The position numbers and the translations under genes were made by a program. DNA of 64,000 bases from Obrimoposthia wandeli (Eukaryota): assembly GCA_977020255.1 (NCBI GenBank), contig CDROCS010004540.1, forward strand, positions 1-64,000, read 5' to 3'. Below the pieces are notes generated by a model. The model worked only from the letters and a program-made list of their open reading frames with translations, ran no database searches and had not been told where the DNA came from. How positions within the stretch are numbered: position 1 is the stretch's first letter; every line of letters begins with the position of its first letter. This document shows, piece after piece, positions 48,773-59,605 of this stretch.

Positions 48773-51469
48773 GTGCAGCTAAAATCTACGATCAAAACAT
48801 TATTTGACCAAGATCGATTGAAGCTTTCTCTCTTCTCTGCTTGGCTTGTGTTCGCGCTATTGTTTGTTATATACATTGCCAACGCTTGGTTTACTAATAC
48901 ACAGCAGATATTTACTCAATTAGATGCCATAAATCAATTAGTCAGTAACAATACACAACAGCAAAGCAAGTCTCTATTTTCACAAATAAAACAATTAAAT
49001 CAACAGCTTCTATCCGCCGAAAAATCAAACACCACTCTATTAAGTTATTTAGCTAGCCCAAAGAATAGTAGTTTTGATCATAGCTTTTTAGTGGACAAAA
49101 ACGGCAAGATTTCACTTTCCTCATTTCGTAATAATATCAATCTGCGCTTAGACCTAGCCAAAACACTTGTTACAGCAGAGGTCATAAGCGAGCTGAAAAA
49201 GTCCCCTGAACCCAACTTTATCCCCACTTTTAGTTTAGGAGACGGCAGTAGCAGCCAGTATGTTGCTATTTGTATGCCCACTCAGATAATCGATACGAGC
49301 TTATTATGCTTAGCAATTTCCACTGAGAATGAAAAACTTAACTGGAGTAGTATTAACGGCATCAATGATACTGCCATTCGTATTATCGGCGCTGATAATC
49401 ATCTTTTATATGCAAACCCTCTTCCTCTGCATCAACGTTCATTATTGGGAGTAAAAATTCCCTCAAGCACTCTTAATCAATATATACCCGAACAACAAGC
49501 AGGAATCGCTAGGCTGGGGCGATACCAGCATAAGCTAGGCCTTGATGGCATTAAACGCTTGGGCAGCGTACGTTATTTAGAAGCATTCGACCTATTTATC
49601 GTCATCTCTACACCAACCACTCAGGTGATCGCGGCATGGTTAAAAGAAATAACACCGCCCTTCTTATTATTGATGCTTTTTTATATTATTAGTTTTTTTT
49701 ATTATCGCTTGGCCAAGCGTAACGTCGATGAAGAGAACTCTCATCATCTCGCTGCTGAAAGCACTTTACGTGAAAAAGAAAGTACCTTAAATCTACTGGT
49801 TTCGAATCTTCCCGGCATGATCTACCGCGTCAGAATTCCTGATTATAAAGTATTATTTATCACAAATGGCTGCCAAGAATTACTCGGCTACTCGGCCAAT
49901 AGTTACCTATCAGGTCAGCGTACACCTTTTGATAACATCCATGAAGATGACCAAGATATATTAATTAAACATGCTAATAGCGTTACCAGTGCAAAGAAAC
50001 AATATGAACACGTCTTTCGGATTCAAACCCCGAGTGGAGAATTAAAATGGCTTATGGATCGAGGTTGTGCAATTCGCGAAGCTAAAAACCTAGTGTACTT
50101 AGAAGGGATTTTACTCGATATTACCGAGCATATGATTTCGCAACAGCAAGTCGAATACTTAGCAACCCGAGATCCTCTGACTGAGCTTGCTAATCGATAT
50201 TTCTTTAATGACGAACTAGTCAACCACATTGATCGCTATCGTGATAAAACCAGTTTAGCCCTGCTGTTTATCGACCTTGACCGCTTTAAAACAATTAATG
50301 ATTCTCTCGGCCATCAGGTCGGCGACCGTTTACTTAAAATCGTCGCAGATCGTTTAAAGGAATGCATCAACGATACAACATTACTCGCACGCTTAGGCGG
50401 TGATGAGTTTATGATAATGATGAAAGATCCTGAAAATATAGAAGCTGTTGAAGTGCTTGCTCATAGCATTAACTTGGCGATCAGCAAAACCTATGAACTT
50501 GATTATTATAAGCTCAATACCAGCTGCAGCATCGGTATTAGCATGTATCCTCAAGATTCGATTGAATCCCATATATTATTACGCAATGCTGATACTGCCA
50601 TGTACAGTGCAAAAGCCAAAGGCGGCAACCGTTATCAGTTTTATACCGACGAGATGAATCAAAAAGTAAATTCTCGCTTAACCATAGAAACAGAATTACG
50701 CCGCGCAATAAAAGAAGCTGAATTTGAAGTCTATTACCAGCCTCAAATAAATGCCTATACCGGAGAATTAGAAGGCGCTGAAGCCCTAGTTCGTTGGATT
50801 CACCCTACCGCTGGAATGATATCTCCTGTTGAATTTATTCCAATAGCAGAAGAAACAGGCCTCATTAGAGATATTGGTGATTGGGTATTAGAACAAGCCT
50901 GCATAACGTTTAAAAACTGGAACCAAGAAGCAGAGTTAAATTTATCGGTTGCCGTCAACGTCTCAGTAAAACAATTAGATGATAGTTTTGTTTTACGCGT
51001 GCAAGAAATTTTAAATCAAACTGGGTTGGGCTCAGATCATCTTGAACTGGAAATTACCGAAAGTTTATTAATGGATAACGTACAAGAAAATGTGCGTATT
51101 CTAGAAAACATTAACCGCTTTGGCGTTCGCTTTGCGATGGATGATTTTGGCACAGGCTATTCATCCCTCAGCTATTTGCGCCAATTCCCTATCGGCAAGT
51201 TGAAAATAGACCGATCTTTCGTTAATGACATTACCAATGATCCTGATGATGAAGCAATTATTCGTGCGATTATTGCGATGGGCCAGACACTAAAATTAAA
51301 AGTCATCGCTGAAGGTGTGGAAAACCACCAACAACTGATTTTATTACAAGCGATGGGATGTGATAGCTATCAGGGATTTTTCTTTAGCAAACCACTACCA
51401 GCCGCTGAGTTTTATACTAAATACATTCAACCTGCGAGCCAGCAGGTTAAACAAGATAGTGAATCATAA
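48773..51469 (+). CDS. Periplasmic sensor-PAS-GGDEF-EAL protein
   Basis: Two TMs, PAS, RLGGDEF, YQP..EAL, DDFGTGYSSL, AEGVE. Confidence 0.92.
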   Translation: MQLKSTIKTLFDQDRLKLSLFSAWLVFALLFVIYIANAWFTNTQQIFTQLDAINQLVSNNTQQQSKSLFSQIKQLNQQLLSAEKSNTTLLSYLASPKNSSFDHSFLVDKNGKISLSSFRNNINLRLDLAKTLVTAEVISELKKSPEPNFIPTFSLGDGSSSQYVAICMPTQIIDTSLLCLAISTENEKLNWSSINGINDTAIRIIGADNHLLYANPLPLHQRSLLGVKIPSSTLNQYIPEQQAGIARLGRYQHKLGLDGIKRLGSVRYLEAFDLFIVISTPTTQVIAAWLKEITPPFLLLMLFYIISFFYYRLAKRNVDEENSHHLAAESTLREKESTLNLLVSNLPGMIYRVRIPDYKVLFITNGCQELLGYSANSYLSGQRTPFDNIHEDDQDILIKHANSVTSAKKQYEHVFRIQTPSGELKWLMDRGCAIREAKNLVYLEGILLDITEHMISQQQVEYLATRDPLTELANRYFFNDELVNHIDRYRDKTSLALLFIDLDRFKTINDSLGHQVGDRLLKIVADRLKECINDTTLLARLGGDEFMIMMKDPENIEAVEVLAHSINLAISKTYELDYYKLNTSCSIGISMYPQDSIESHILLRNADTAMYSAKAKGGNRYQFYTDEMNQKVNSRLTIETELRRAIKEAEFEVYYQPQINAYTGELEGAEALVRWIHPTAGMISPVEFIPIAEETGLIRDIGDWVLEQACITFKNWNQEAELNLSVAVNVSVKQLDDSFVLRVQEILNQTGLGSDHLELEITESLLMDNVQENVRILENINRFGVRFAMDDFGTGYSSLSYLRQFPIGKLKIDRSFVNDITNDPDDEAIIRAIIAMGQTLKLKVIAEGVENHQQLILLQAMGCDSYQGFFFSKPLPAAEFYTKYIQPASQQVKQDSES

Positions 51470-51470
51470 T

Positions 51471-52541
51471 TCATTTATCGACGAGCAAACTTAACGCGGT
51501 ATCAAGGCGTAATTGTTCTTTAATATCAAAGTTATTCTGTTGATACAGCGTCATTCTTTCCTTCTTATCTTGCTCAGTTAAACCTTCGATAGCTGCGATT
51601 ACTTTCACTTCGTTGGCATAATCTATAATGCGCTGCTGCCATAAACTTTGCTTTGTTTCTAAAGCCTCCAGACGATCAGCAGCCTCTAAACCTACTTGCT
51701 CAATACGTAGTTGACGAACAGTCTCATCACTTTCACCCTGTTGACGTGATATGGCGACCTGTTCTTGCAAATTACTAGCAATGTATAAATCACGTCTAAA
51801 ATTCTTAAGCTCTTCGGGCAAGGCATCCTCTAGCTTGCTCAACTGGCTAAGTTTCTCTTCGTCACTGACATCACTGCCGTTAATGACTAACTGCTCTAAA
51901 GCATAATCGTCAACCAATTCATCCAATTGCCAAAATGCTTCAACCGCTTCGGCTGAAAGAATTTGCCGACGTAGTCTTTTTTGCCAATCATGACGCTGTT
52001 GTAAGTTTTCAATATGATCGGTGGCATCTAGCGGGTTGAATTGCTCTTCATAACTAGCCAATGCTTCTTTATAAGCTAAATAATCGGCTAATAACTTTTC
52101 CGCCTGTTGGCGTGCTGGCATGGGCAATAAGGCTATTTTCTGATCCATGAGCTGCTGTATTTCAGCTAACGACAACTCGCCAATCGCAGATAAATAAAAA
52201 TCAATCCAATGCCTAACATCTCGATCTACAACTAACTGTCCATTTTTATCCGCTGTTATTGCACCATCAACCGATGCCAGCTTGAACATTTTTAACGTTA
52301 AGATTTTGTCAGATGAATCAAAACCGTCTCCATTTTCATTTATATCAGGCACGAAGAGAGCTTGCTTATCATTAGTATGAATATTGGATTGGATATTATT
52401 TATAGACGTATTTTGATTCTCCGCAACTTGATTACTGCTGAACAGTTGAGCAAAAAAAATAGACAAGATAAAAACAACAGAAAAAATAAGGAGATACTTT
52501 TTTTCAAACAATACGGTTAAATTCATCATATTCACATACAA
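51471..52541 (-). CDS. Lipase-specific foldase (Lif/LipH)
   Basis: N-terminal membrane anchor, DGAI..D..G.L, Lif motif-1 variant RHWIDFYLSA, helical body. Downstream of the lipase. Confidence 0.85.
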   Translation of the reverse strand: MYVNMMNLTVLFEKKYLLIFSVVFILSIFFAQLFSSNQVAENQNTSINNIQSNIHTNDKQALFVPDINENGDGFDSSDKILTLKMFKLASVDGAITADKNGQLVVDRDVRHWIDFYLSAIGELSLAEIQQLMDQKIALLPMPARQQAEKLLADYLAYKEALASYEEQFNPLDATDHIENLQQRHDWQKRLRRQILSAEAVEAFWQLDELVDDYALEQLVINGSDVSDEEKLSQLSKLEDALPEELKNFRRDLYIASNLQEQVAISRQQGESDETVRQLRIEQVGLEAADRLEALETKQSLWQQRIIDYANEVKVIAAIEGLTEQDKKERMTLYQQNNFDIKEQLRLDTALSLLVDK

Positions 52542-52593
52542 AAATTCTAGACAACTTACTCATCTAAGAAATAAGTCATCTAGATTTAGCCTC

Positions 52594-53532
52594 TTATAAC
52601 CCTGCATTCTTTAAACGGTTTGCATGGCTGCGAAAAACCGTAAGAGGATCAGTAGACCATAGATCATGTATACCTAATAGCATATTAACTTCATCCAGAT
52701 GATTCATCTTGAAATCATCGCGAATAACCATGCCTAAATGGCTACTACAGCTCGATACTAAACCGTCATTTTTAACGCCAGCAGGAAAGAATAAAGATGT
52801 TGTTGTTGTAATTAAATCTAGCGGATCAAATATGTTTGTTGATGGTTTTGCACCACTCCAAGAATAGTAGCGAATTCCATTGTCAACATAAGCACCTTCA
52901 CCACAATCACTCGAAGGAATTCCTCCTGGGTGTTTCTGATTAAAAACAACTGTATTTTCAGTTGTCATAGAAGCCAACGAAGCCATAATGTCTTGGTCGT
53001 GCTGTCCTCCAGAAAGAACATCAATAGCAACCGCTAATGCATTACCCAAGGTTGCAACTAAACCAGAAAAGAAGCTTGAATCTTCACTCCATTTTGAAAG
53101 GGTATCGGCCACAGGTGTCCCTTTATTGACACCCGCAATCGTAGTAACAGAGGCGACTAAATCAGGTCTAACAGATGCCACATAACGAATTGTTGGCCCA
53201 CCATGACTATGACCAATTAAGTTCACTTTTTCAGCACCACTAATGGCTAAAATTCTTTCAATCTGCGGAATTAACTGCTCGCCACGAATCTCTGGTGAGT
53301 TTGAATTGGATACCGTTGTTAAATAAACTTCAGCACCATCTTTGCGTAAAGTTTCAGGAACCTTATGCCAATATTTAATGCCCAATAGACTATCGAATCC
53401 ATACAAGCCATGGGTCAAGACGATGGGGTATTTTGTTTGGGTATAAGTTGAAGGTTTACTCCACCACCACGCTTGGCTGGATGCTGAGAACAGCATAATT
53501 AGAGTAAAGAAAGCTAAGTTAAATCGCTTCAT
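52594..53532 (-). CDS. lipA: Secreted triacylglycerol lipase, family I.1-like
   Basis: Signal peptide, YTQTKYPIVLTHG, GHSHGG, NDGLV..CSSHLG, NHLDEVN, ANRLKNAGL. Likely start at 53532. Confidence 0.92.
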   Translation of the reverse strand: MKRFNLAFFTLIMLFSASSQAWWWSKPSTYTQTKYPIVLTHGLYGFDSLLGIKYWHKVPETLRKDGAEVYLTTVSNSNSPEIRGEQLIPQIERILAISGAEKVNLIGHSHGGPTIRYVASVRPDLVASVTTIAGVNKGTPVADTLSKWSEDSSFFSGLVATLGNALAVAIDVLSGGQHDQDIMASLASMTTENTVVFNQKHPGGIPSSDCGEGAYVDNGIRYYSWSGAKPSTNIFDPLDLITTTTSLFFPAGVKNDGLVSSCSSHLGMVIRDDFKMNHLDEVNMLLGIHDLWSTDPLTVFRSHANRLKNAGL

Positions 53533-53741
53533 TGTAATTCCTCTTAAATATTTATATTTATTATTAGGTATCACAAAGTTAGTTGAACTTATTCCTTTCG
53601 GCCAGCCGCTGCCAGCCTAATGTTACATTATCATGGTTAAATTAAAGACTGCGTAGGTTAAAAGCGCCACAAGATAAAATGAGTGCTCATTAATTCCAAC
53701 GAATATTGAATAAAATTTATTATTATTAGTAGTAGCCGTTA

Positions 53742-55193
53742 TCACGCAGTCTTGTAATGCTCTTGTTTTTCCCCATACATGGAGTTGTCGGCAATGCTCA
53801 ACAGTTCTAGGAGATTGTAGTCATGATATTCTGTGTAAGAGAAGCCAATACTGCCTGATATTTTATATTCTTTAGTTTCAACAATATTCATACTTTCAAT
53901 CGCTTCTCGAATATTATTCAACATGCTCATCAAGTTATCCAGACTAGGCATTTGATCAGCAAGAATCGCAAATTCGTCACCACCAATGCGAGCAACAATA
54001 TCCCCTTTTCGCACATTATTTAATAATGTTTCAGCAACTCGTTTCAATACGATATCGCCAATAGCATGACCTAAATTATCGTTAATTAACTTAAAACCAT
54101 TCAGGTCGATGAAAAATACACCTACGTTGGTTTTATTACGCTTTGCAGTTGATAATATTCGATTACCAAAATCCTCAAAGTGAAAACGATTAGCCAATCC
54201 TGTTAACAGATCAAAATTTGCTAACTGATAAAGCTTCTGTCTCTTTAAATAATTTTGCTGCTGAATCCCCTGATGAACTCGGTACATGATTAATACCAAT
54301 ATAGGAAAAAAGATCATCAGCATTGTAATACCGAGAATATGCAACCAATCAAAGTCCTCCATTGTCAGTTGCTGCTTTATTTCTAACGTTAACTCAAAAT
54401 CTGTTAAGCGGATACGGTCTATTGTTTTTAACTCAGGGAACCAACTATTTTTATCTTTTGCCACTTCAGTGCGCAGTAAATCGAATTGGTAGTCACTGCC
54501 GTCTTTACTGCTTAATGAAAAATCCCAGCCTTTATCTTTCAGCATAACAGGAATCAATTGTTCCGCTTTAATGACCAATAAAGAGACATAACGTGGTACG
54601 TCTGAACCTGAAACATTAATCCCTTGCATCATCACAATGGCCGTCCCACCATCAAACAATTCAAATGGCTCGGTCATTAAAAGCTGATCACTCTGACCAA
54701 AACGCTGGACGACACTGTGCACAAACTCTATCGAGTTAATATCTAGGCCTAACTGAGAGTTTTCACTTTCTGGTTCGATGAAAATAACGGGAAATGCTTC
54801 TCCATCTTTTTCTAATCGATGCTCAATAATGCCTTTTTCATAATCAAAGGACCAAATTTTAGCAGGACTAATATCTTGTGCGTCCAAATACGATGTAAAA
54901 GGCTCTAAATGATTTTCATCAACTCGTTGAGCAACTTCGAACATAAGAATGTGGGGGTAGCGATCAAGCATTCGCTGGGCATAAGCTCGAGTCGCATTAA
55001 TGTCGGCGACTTGGCTCCCCAGCAAAAAGGCCGAGAATCCAGATAAAATGGATTCATTCTGGGCCATCAATTCTCTTACGTGCTGACGCATAAAGGTAAC
55101 CTCGCTATAAAAGCGATTTTCTACCTTGTCATAATGCCAAAATGCATTAAAAGCCAAGCTACCCAATAATCCGAATACGGCTAATACCATCAA
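53742..55193 (-). CDS. CHASE-domain diguanylate cyclase
   Basis: Two TMs flank a CHASE-like region (FPVIFIEP, LGLDI); DLLTGLANR, RIGGDEF. Start uncertain. Confidence 0.85.
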   Translation of the reverse strand: MMVLAVFGLLGSLAFNAFWHYDKVENRFYSEVTFMRQHVRELMAQNESILSGFSAFLLGSQVADINATRAYAQRMLDRYPHILMFEVAQRVDENHLEPFTSYLDAQDISPAKIWSFDYEKGIIEHRLEKDGEAFPVIFIEPESENSQLGLDINSIEFVHSVVQRFGQSDQLLMTEPFELFDGGTAIVMMQGINVSGSDVPRYVSLLVIKAEQLIPVMLKDKGWDFSLSSKDGSDYQFDLLRTEVAKDKNSWFPELKTIDRIRLTDFELTLEIKQQLTMEDFDWLHILGITMLMIFFPILVLIMYRVHQGIQQQNYLKRQKLYQLANFDLLTGLANRFHFEDFGNRILSTAKRNKTNVGVFFIDLNGFKLINDNLGHAIGDIVLKRVAETLLNNVRKGDIVARIGGDEFAILADQMPSLDNLMSMLNNIREAIESMNIVETKEYKISGSIGFSYTEYHDYNLLELLSIADNSMYGEKQEHYKTA

Positions 55194-55423
55194 CAGACCA
55201 TAAAGCAGCTTGAGCCAATGACTATCTTCTTTATACTGGATAACACTTCCTCTATGAAGCAGACGTTAAATAATGATTCCTCGTTATAGACTAGAACATA
55301 CTGGTTAAATCTTCTTCTTTTCCTACTTAAATTGTAATAACCAATATTCCTAAGCATAGAATGCTTATAATATTTAATTAAAAATCTTATTTACCCTGCA
55401 TGAGTTATGCAGAGCAGAATAGG

Positions 55424-56461
55424 CTAGCGCTCTAAGCGCTGTGCATTACTCTCATGCACGGAGTGAGCATCTTCACGAATGCTATCGAATATTTGTTGGA
55501 CACTCGGCTGATCGTTGATCAAACCTTGAGTTTGGCCAATAAATTGTACACCCTTTTTATAATCGCCATCGACGGTGGCCGCCTTCAAGCGCGGGACCGC
55601 AGCACCAAAATAAGCCAGTAATTTAACCTTATCCATTTTTGCGAGCATTCCCAGCATGATCTTCCAGATAGGTTGCTTAACTATTGCTGCCGCTTTCATT
55701 GCTTCAATGCTGGCAATAAAAAAATTCATCGGTTTTTTAGTGGCTTTTATTGCTTCCGGTGTCCGCATAATACGCGCATGAATACCGTCAAAGTTTTTCG
55801 AATAGATCGTATCTTGAACGCTCTTATTAACGACGGCATCCTTCATATTTTGGTGTAATGGACTATCAGAGCTGGTCGCTAATCGCGAACCCATGGCAAT
55901 GCCATCGGCACCGAGAGAGAAAGCTGCCATCAATCCCCTTGCATCGGCAAAACCACCGGTTGCAATCACAGGAATATTCACAGCTTGGACGATTGCAGGC
56001 ACCAATACCAGTGACGTAACATCGCCACCATGAGCTGCGGCCTCATGGCCTGTAACCAATAAAGCATCAGCGCCACTGGCTTGTGCAGACAGCGCATGTT
56101 TTTCCGTCACAACGGTAGCAATCACTTTCGCACCATAGGCGTGAGCACGCTCAATGAGCTTATCACCCTTGCCTAAAGAGAAATTAATCACGGGGACTTT
56201 TTCTTCAATCGCGATGAAGGCGTTCTCTTCTGCACCAGGCATTAAAAGAGTTACACCTATCCCAAAAGGCTTATCAGTAAGCTGGCGAATTTTAACTATT
56301 GCTTCGCGGGTTTCATCAGGGGTTAAAGGCCCACTCGCTAAAATACCTAAACCACCAGCATTAGAAACGGCCGCGACTAGCTCAGGCGTCGAAATCCAGC
56401 TCATGCCGGGTAAGATGATGGGCATCTCAATGCCTAATAGTTCGGTGATTGCTGTTTTCAC
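55424..56461 (-). CDS. Nitronate monooxygenase / FabK-like FMN enzyme
   Basis: PELVAAVSNAGGLG, PFGIGV, GHEAAAHG, PVIATGGFAD, GIAMGSR. Confidence 0.85.
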   Translation of the reverse strand: MKTAITELLGIEMPIILPGMSWISTPELVAAVSNAGGLGILASGPLTPDETREAIVKIRQLTDKPFGIGVTLLMPGAEENAFIAIEEKVPVINFSLGKGDKLIERAHAYGAKVIATVVTEKHALSAQASGADALLVTGHEAAAHGGDVTSLVLVPAIVQAVNIPVIATGGFADARGLMAAFSLGADGIAMGSRLATSSDSPLHQNMKDAVVNKSVQDTIYSKNFDGIHARIMRTPEAIKATKKPMNFFIASIEAMKAAAIVKQPIWKIMLGMLAKMDKVKLLAYFGAAVPRLKAATVDGDYKKGVQFIGQTQGLINDQPSVQQIFDSIREDAHSVHESNAQRLER

Positions 56462-56576
56462 AATAGCCTCGAAATTTGAAAATGGTCACTTTACCGACTA
56501 TTCAACTTTTAGGCTAGAAACAAGAAAGAAATGGAGGAGCTGGATGCTATTAATTTATGGGGGAGTTGCGGAAATA

Positions 56577-56879
56577 CTATCGATTTTGTTGAATGTAATT
56601 TAGAAATAACTGCTGACGCTGCTTCGGATTCATACTGCGTAACTCTTGCGCATGCTGCTGACGCTCAAGAGAAGGTCGAGAAGAGGCTGATGGGTCCATA
56701 GAGCGGTAAAATTGAGTCAATGCTCGCTGCTGTTCTGGACGCTGATTATTCCAAGTAATTTTATTAGCGCTGTTAGCACCTGAAAACTCAGATAGATCGG
56801 TAATAGGTTTTAAGACATTATCTGCAAAGGATGATGAAATGGCAAAAAATCCAATTATTAATCCTATTAAAATTCGCAT
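56577..56879 (-). CDS. Small exported helical protein (DUF3106-like repeats)
   Basis: Signal peptide ..SSSFA; WNNQRPEQQRAL and LRSMNPKQRQQL repeats. Confidence 0.55.
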   Translation of the reverse strand: MRILIGLIIGFFAISSSFADNVLKPITDLSEFSGANSANKITWNNQRPEQQRALTQFYRSMDPSASSRPSLERQQHAQELRSMNPKQRQQLFLNYIQQNR

Positions 56880-57058
56880 GTATCGTACTTACTCAAATGT
56901 TAATCTCTAATTCCAGTGCTAATTAGGCTATCGATTAAGACGATTATTTAACCAGCCTATTTATACTGTGAATATACAAAAGGGAATCACTACACAGATT
57001 CTACTAACTTTGACTTAAATGTCACGCAACTAAACCGTAAATACTCGGTAAGTATTCA

Positions 57059-58435
57059 TTAAAAATAACGATTTAAATAACAACTAATTTCCAGACCACC
57101 TTGAGGATGGTTTCGAATTGCCATGTGACCATCAAAACTGCGGATGACGCGATGGGCAATCGCCATGCCCAAACCATAGCCTCTACCGCCAGACTGTTGC
57201 TGCTTCAAATTCTGCCCGACTCGCGCTCTAGAATGCTCTGCGCGATAAAATGGCTGAGTCAGATGCTGAATATGCTCTTCGGCAACACCTGGGCCGTGAT
57301 CGCGAACAACAATGGCAAAATCACTATCAATTTCTTTAATCGTAATTTCTATCTTTGTATGTTCAAAGGTATGCAATAAGGCATTACGAATCAAATTTTC
57401 AAAAGCAGAGCTTAATAGCTTCGCCTCTGCCATGACTAAACAAGGGCCTTTAGGATGTATTAACTGAATAACTTGAGCCTGTTGCTCAAAATGCGCATCA
57501 TGAACAATCTTCTCGACAACATCAACCAAGTCAATCGCTTGCCATTGCTCTGGGTGTCGTTCAACTTCAAGTTTTGCTAATAATAATATATCGGCAATTA
57601 AATCATTAACGCGACCGGTTTCAAGCTCGATACGATCCAAGTATTCCACAACATCATCATTAGCGTCTAAGCGTGCCAATTCTGTCGCGATCTGTAAGCG
57701 CGCTAAAGGCGATCTAAGCTCATGAGAGATGTCGCGTAACAACCCCTTTTGATCGGCCAGTAAGGCTTGCACCCTATCAGCCATAATATCAAATTCACGA
57801 CTAAGATCGCCTATTTCATCACGCCTGCGACGCAAGCGATAACCCGAGCGCGCGCTCAAATCACCCGCAGCAATGGCTGTCACAGTTTTTTGCAAGCGCC
57901 GCATTGGACGGGATAAATAGCCTGACAAAATAAAACCGACTCCGGCAAAAAAGACAATGGCTACCGTTAGCCCCAAGCCAATGTAGCTCTTAACATCCAG
58001 TACCGCGAAAGGGTGCAGAAACTCAACGACTAATAAATAAAAGACACCCTGTTGCGACGTTAATGGGGCTTTGACTAAAATCTCACTGCGATTTAACGGT
58101 TGCACTTTAACGTGAAATTCACTTGCAGAAAAAGCGTAATCAGAAACGGAGGTCGGGACTTCCCCGCCAGAAAGGCTGCTGCCTTGCTGATCAAAAACAT
58201 AAGCATTAACGTTAGGATGCTGCTCGAACGTGATAAGCCATTCTATGAGCAATGGCTCACCACCACGCTGCAACATGAGCTGTGCAGATGAAATGTAACC
58301 CTCTGTTGGGGCAATTAAGTTATTTGTTTCATTCGATAGTTGTCGATAAAATACGGCATAAGCCAAGGTGACCAGCGTAGCAAGCACACTGGTTAAGACA
58401 AACGCTAAATAAATTTTCCAATATAAACCGCGCAC
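57059..58435 (-). CDS. cpxA: HAMP sensor histidine kinase, CpxA-like
   Basis: Two TMs, HAMP, LLRDISHELRSPLARL, ENLIRNAL, RDHGPGV, PFYR, GYGLGMAI. Confidence 0.7.
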   Translation of the reverse strand: MRGLYWKIYLAFVLTSVLATLVTLAYAVFYRQLSNETNNLIAPTEGYISSAQLMLQRGGEPLLIEWLITFEQHPNVNAYVFDQQGSSLSGGEVPTSVSDYAFSASEFHVKVQPLNRSEILVKAPLTSQQGVFYLLVVEFLHPFAVLDVKSYIGLGLTVAIVFFAGVGFILSGYLSRPMRRLQKTVTAIAAGDLSARSGYRLRRRRDEIGDLSREFDIMADRVQALLADQKGLLRDISHELRSPLARLQIATELARLDANDDVVEYLDRIELETGRVNDLIADILLLAKLEVERHPEQWQAIDLVDVVEKIVHDAHFEQQAQVIQLIHPKGPCLVMAEAKLLSSAFENLIRNALLHTFEHTKIEITIKEIDSDFAIVVRDHGPGVAEEHIQHLTQPFYRAEHSRARVGQNLKQQQSGGRGYGLGMAIAHRVIRSFDGHMAIRNHPQGGLEISCYLNRYF

Positions 58436-58457
58436 TAAACTCTCAACTTAAACGTCA

Positions 58458-59147
58458 TTAGACCTGAGCCGCTACGTACATATAACCAACACCACGAATG
58501 GTTTTAATGCGAGTTTGGCCATCTTCATGACTGCCCAATTTTTTTCGTAAGTTACTTAAGTGCATATCTAAGCTACGATCGAATAACGTTAGAGAACGAG
58601 ACATAGCTTCTTCTGCTAATTGATTTTTTTCGACCACTTTACCCAGATGAGATATCAGGGTATTAAGAATATTATATTCTGTTACCGTCAGCTCCAGAGG
58701 CTCATCATTCTTCAATACATGATGCTGGCTATGATCGATTTCTAGCTCATCAATATGAATGACATCTTGGGTTTTAGCTTGGGTATCTACTTTTGTACGG
58801 CGTAATACTGCACGTAAACGTGCAATAAGTTCGCGCGGGTTACAAGGCTTAGGTAGGTAGTCATCGGCACCAATTTCCAGACCGACAATGCGGTCCATCT
58901 CATCGCCTTTAGCGGTTAACATAACCACGGGCAGCTGACTGGTTTTACGCAATTCAGTCAATACTTCTAGACCGTTCATGCCCGGCATCATGATATCCAA
59001 AACCATGGCATCATACGGTTGAGCCAAACCTTGCTGAAGCCCTTTTGGTCCAGTATGAACTTGATCAACGTCAATACCTTCACGCTGTAAGTAGCGCGCC
59101 AGTAGTTCACATAACTCTTGATCATCGTCGACTAAAAGAATCTTCAT
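58458..59147 (-). CDS. cpxR: OmpR-family response regulator, CpxR-like
   Basis: KILLVDDD.EL, GADDYLPKP.NPREL, DRSLDMHLSNLRKKL. Confidence 0.75.
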   Translation of the reverse strand: MKILLVDDDQELCELLARYLQREGIDVDQVHTGPKGLQQGLAQPYDAMVLDIMMPGMNGLEVLTELRKTSQLPVVMLTAKGDEMDRIVGLEIGADDYLPKPCNPRELIARLRAVLRRTKVDTQAKTQDVIHIDELEIDHSQHHVLKNDEPLELTVTEYNILNTLISHLGKVVEKNQLAEEAMSRSLTLFDRSLDMHLSNLRKKLGSHEDGQTRIKTIRGVGYMYVAAQV

Positions 59148-59248
59148 TTAATGCTTCCTTTTATTTATTAACAGCATTAAATAAGGATTCTCAACTTTTG
59201 CAAGGGCTCTTTACGCTTTCTACACACTCGCTCTCACTTCTGGCCGAT

Positions 59249-59524
59249 CTAATCGGACCGAGAGTGATGCTCAACAAACGCTATAGCTTCCGTCACAACC
59301 TTATTAACCCGCTCTTTAACCTCAAATAATTCGTTAGGAGACATATAAAATGCCATATCAACTTCATAGCGATAATATTTAGGCGGTAAGCGATTAAGTG
59401 CAACGCAAGCAACATCGGCCATAAAATCCATGCCCGGTTCTTTAGCTCTATTAGCTAACTGACGCCGAATTTCTTCCGATACGACTTGCTCATAATAATT
59501 ACTCGTGTGATTGATAATAGCCAT
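59249..59524 (-). CDS. ComFB family protein
   Basis: NYYEQVV, DVACVALNRLPPKY, and a FYMS..E pattern. 91 aa, stand-alone. Confidence 0.85.
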   Translation of the reverse strand: MAIINHTSNYYEQVVSEEIRRQLANRAKEPGMDFMADVACVALNRLPPKYYRYEVDMAFYMSPNELFEVKERVNKVVTEAIAFVEHHSRSD

Positions 59525-59605
59525 AGTTCACTCCTTATGATTATTACTACTTTAGTTCATCTACTCACATCTGTATTAGCTAGAGATTAGAAATCATGCC
59601 TTTTT

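Noticed and set aside
57037-57052. GTAAA...GTAAG as a CpxR box
   Set aside because: The half-sites are 11 bp apart rather than the 10 of GTAAA-N5-GTAAA, and such matches are common in AT-rich DNA.
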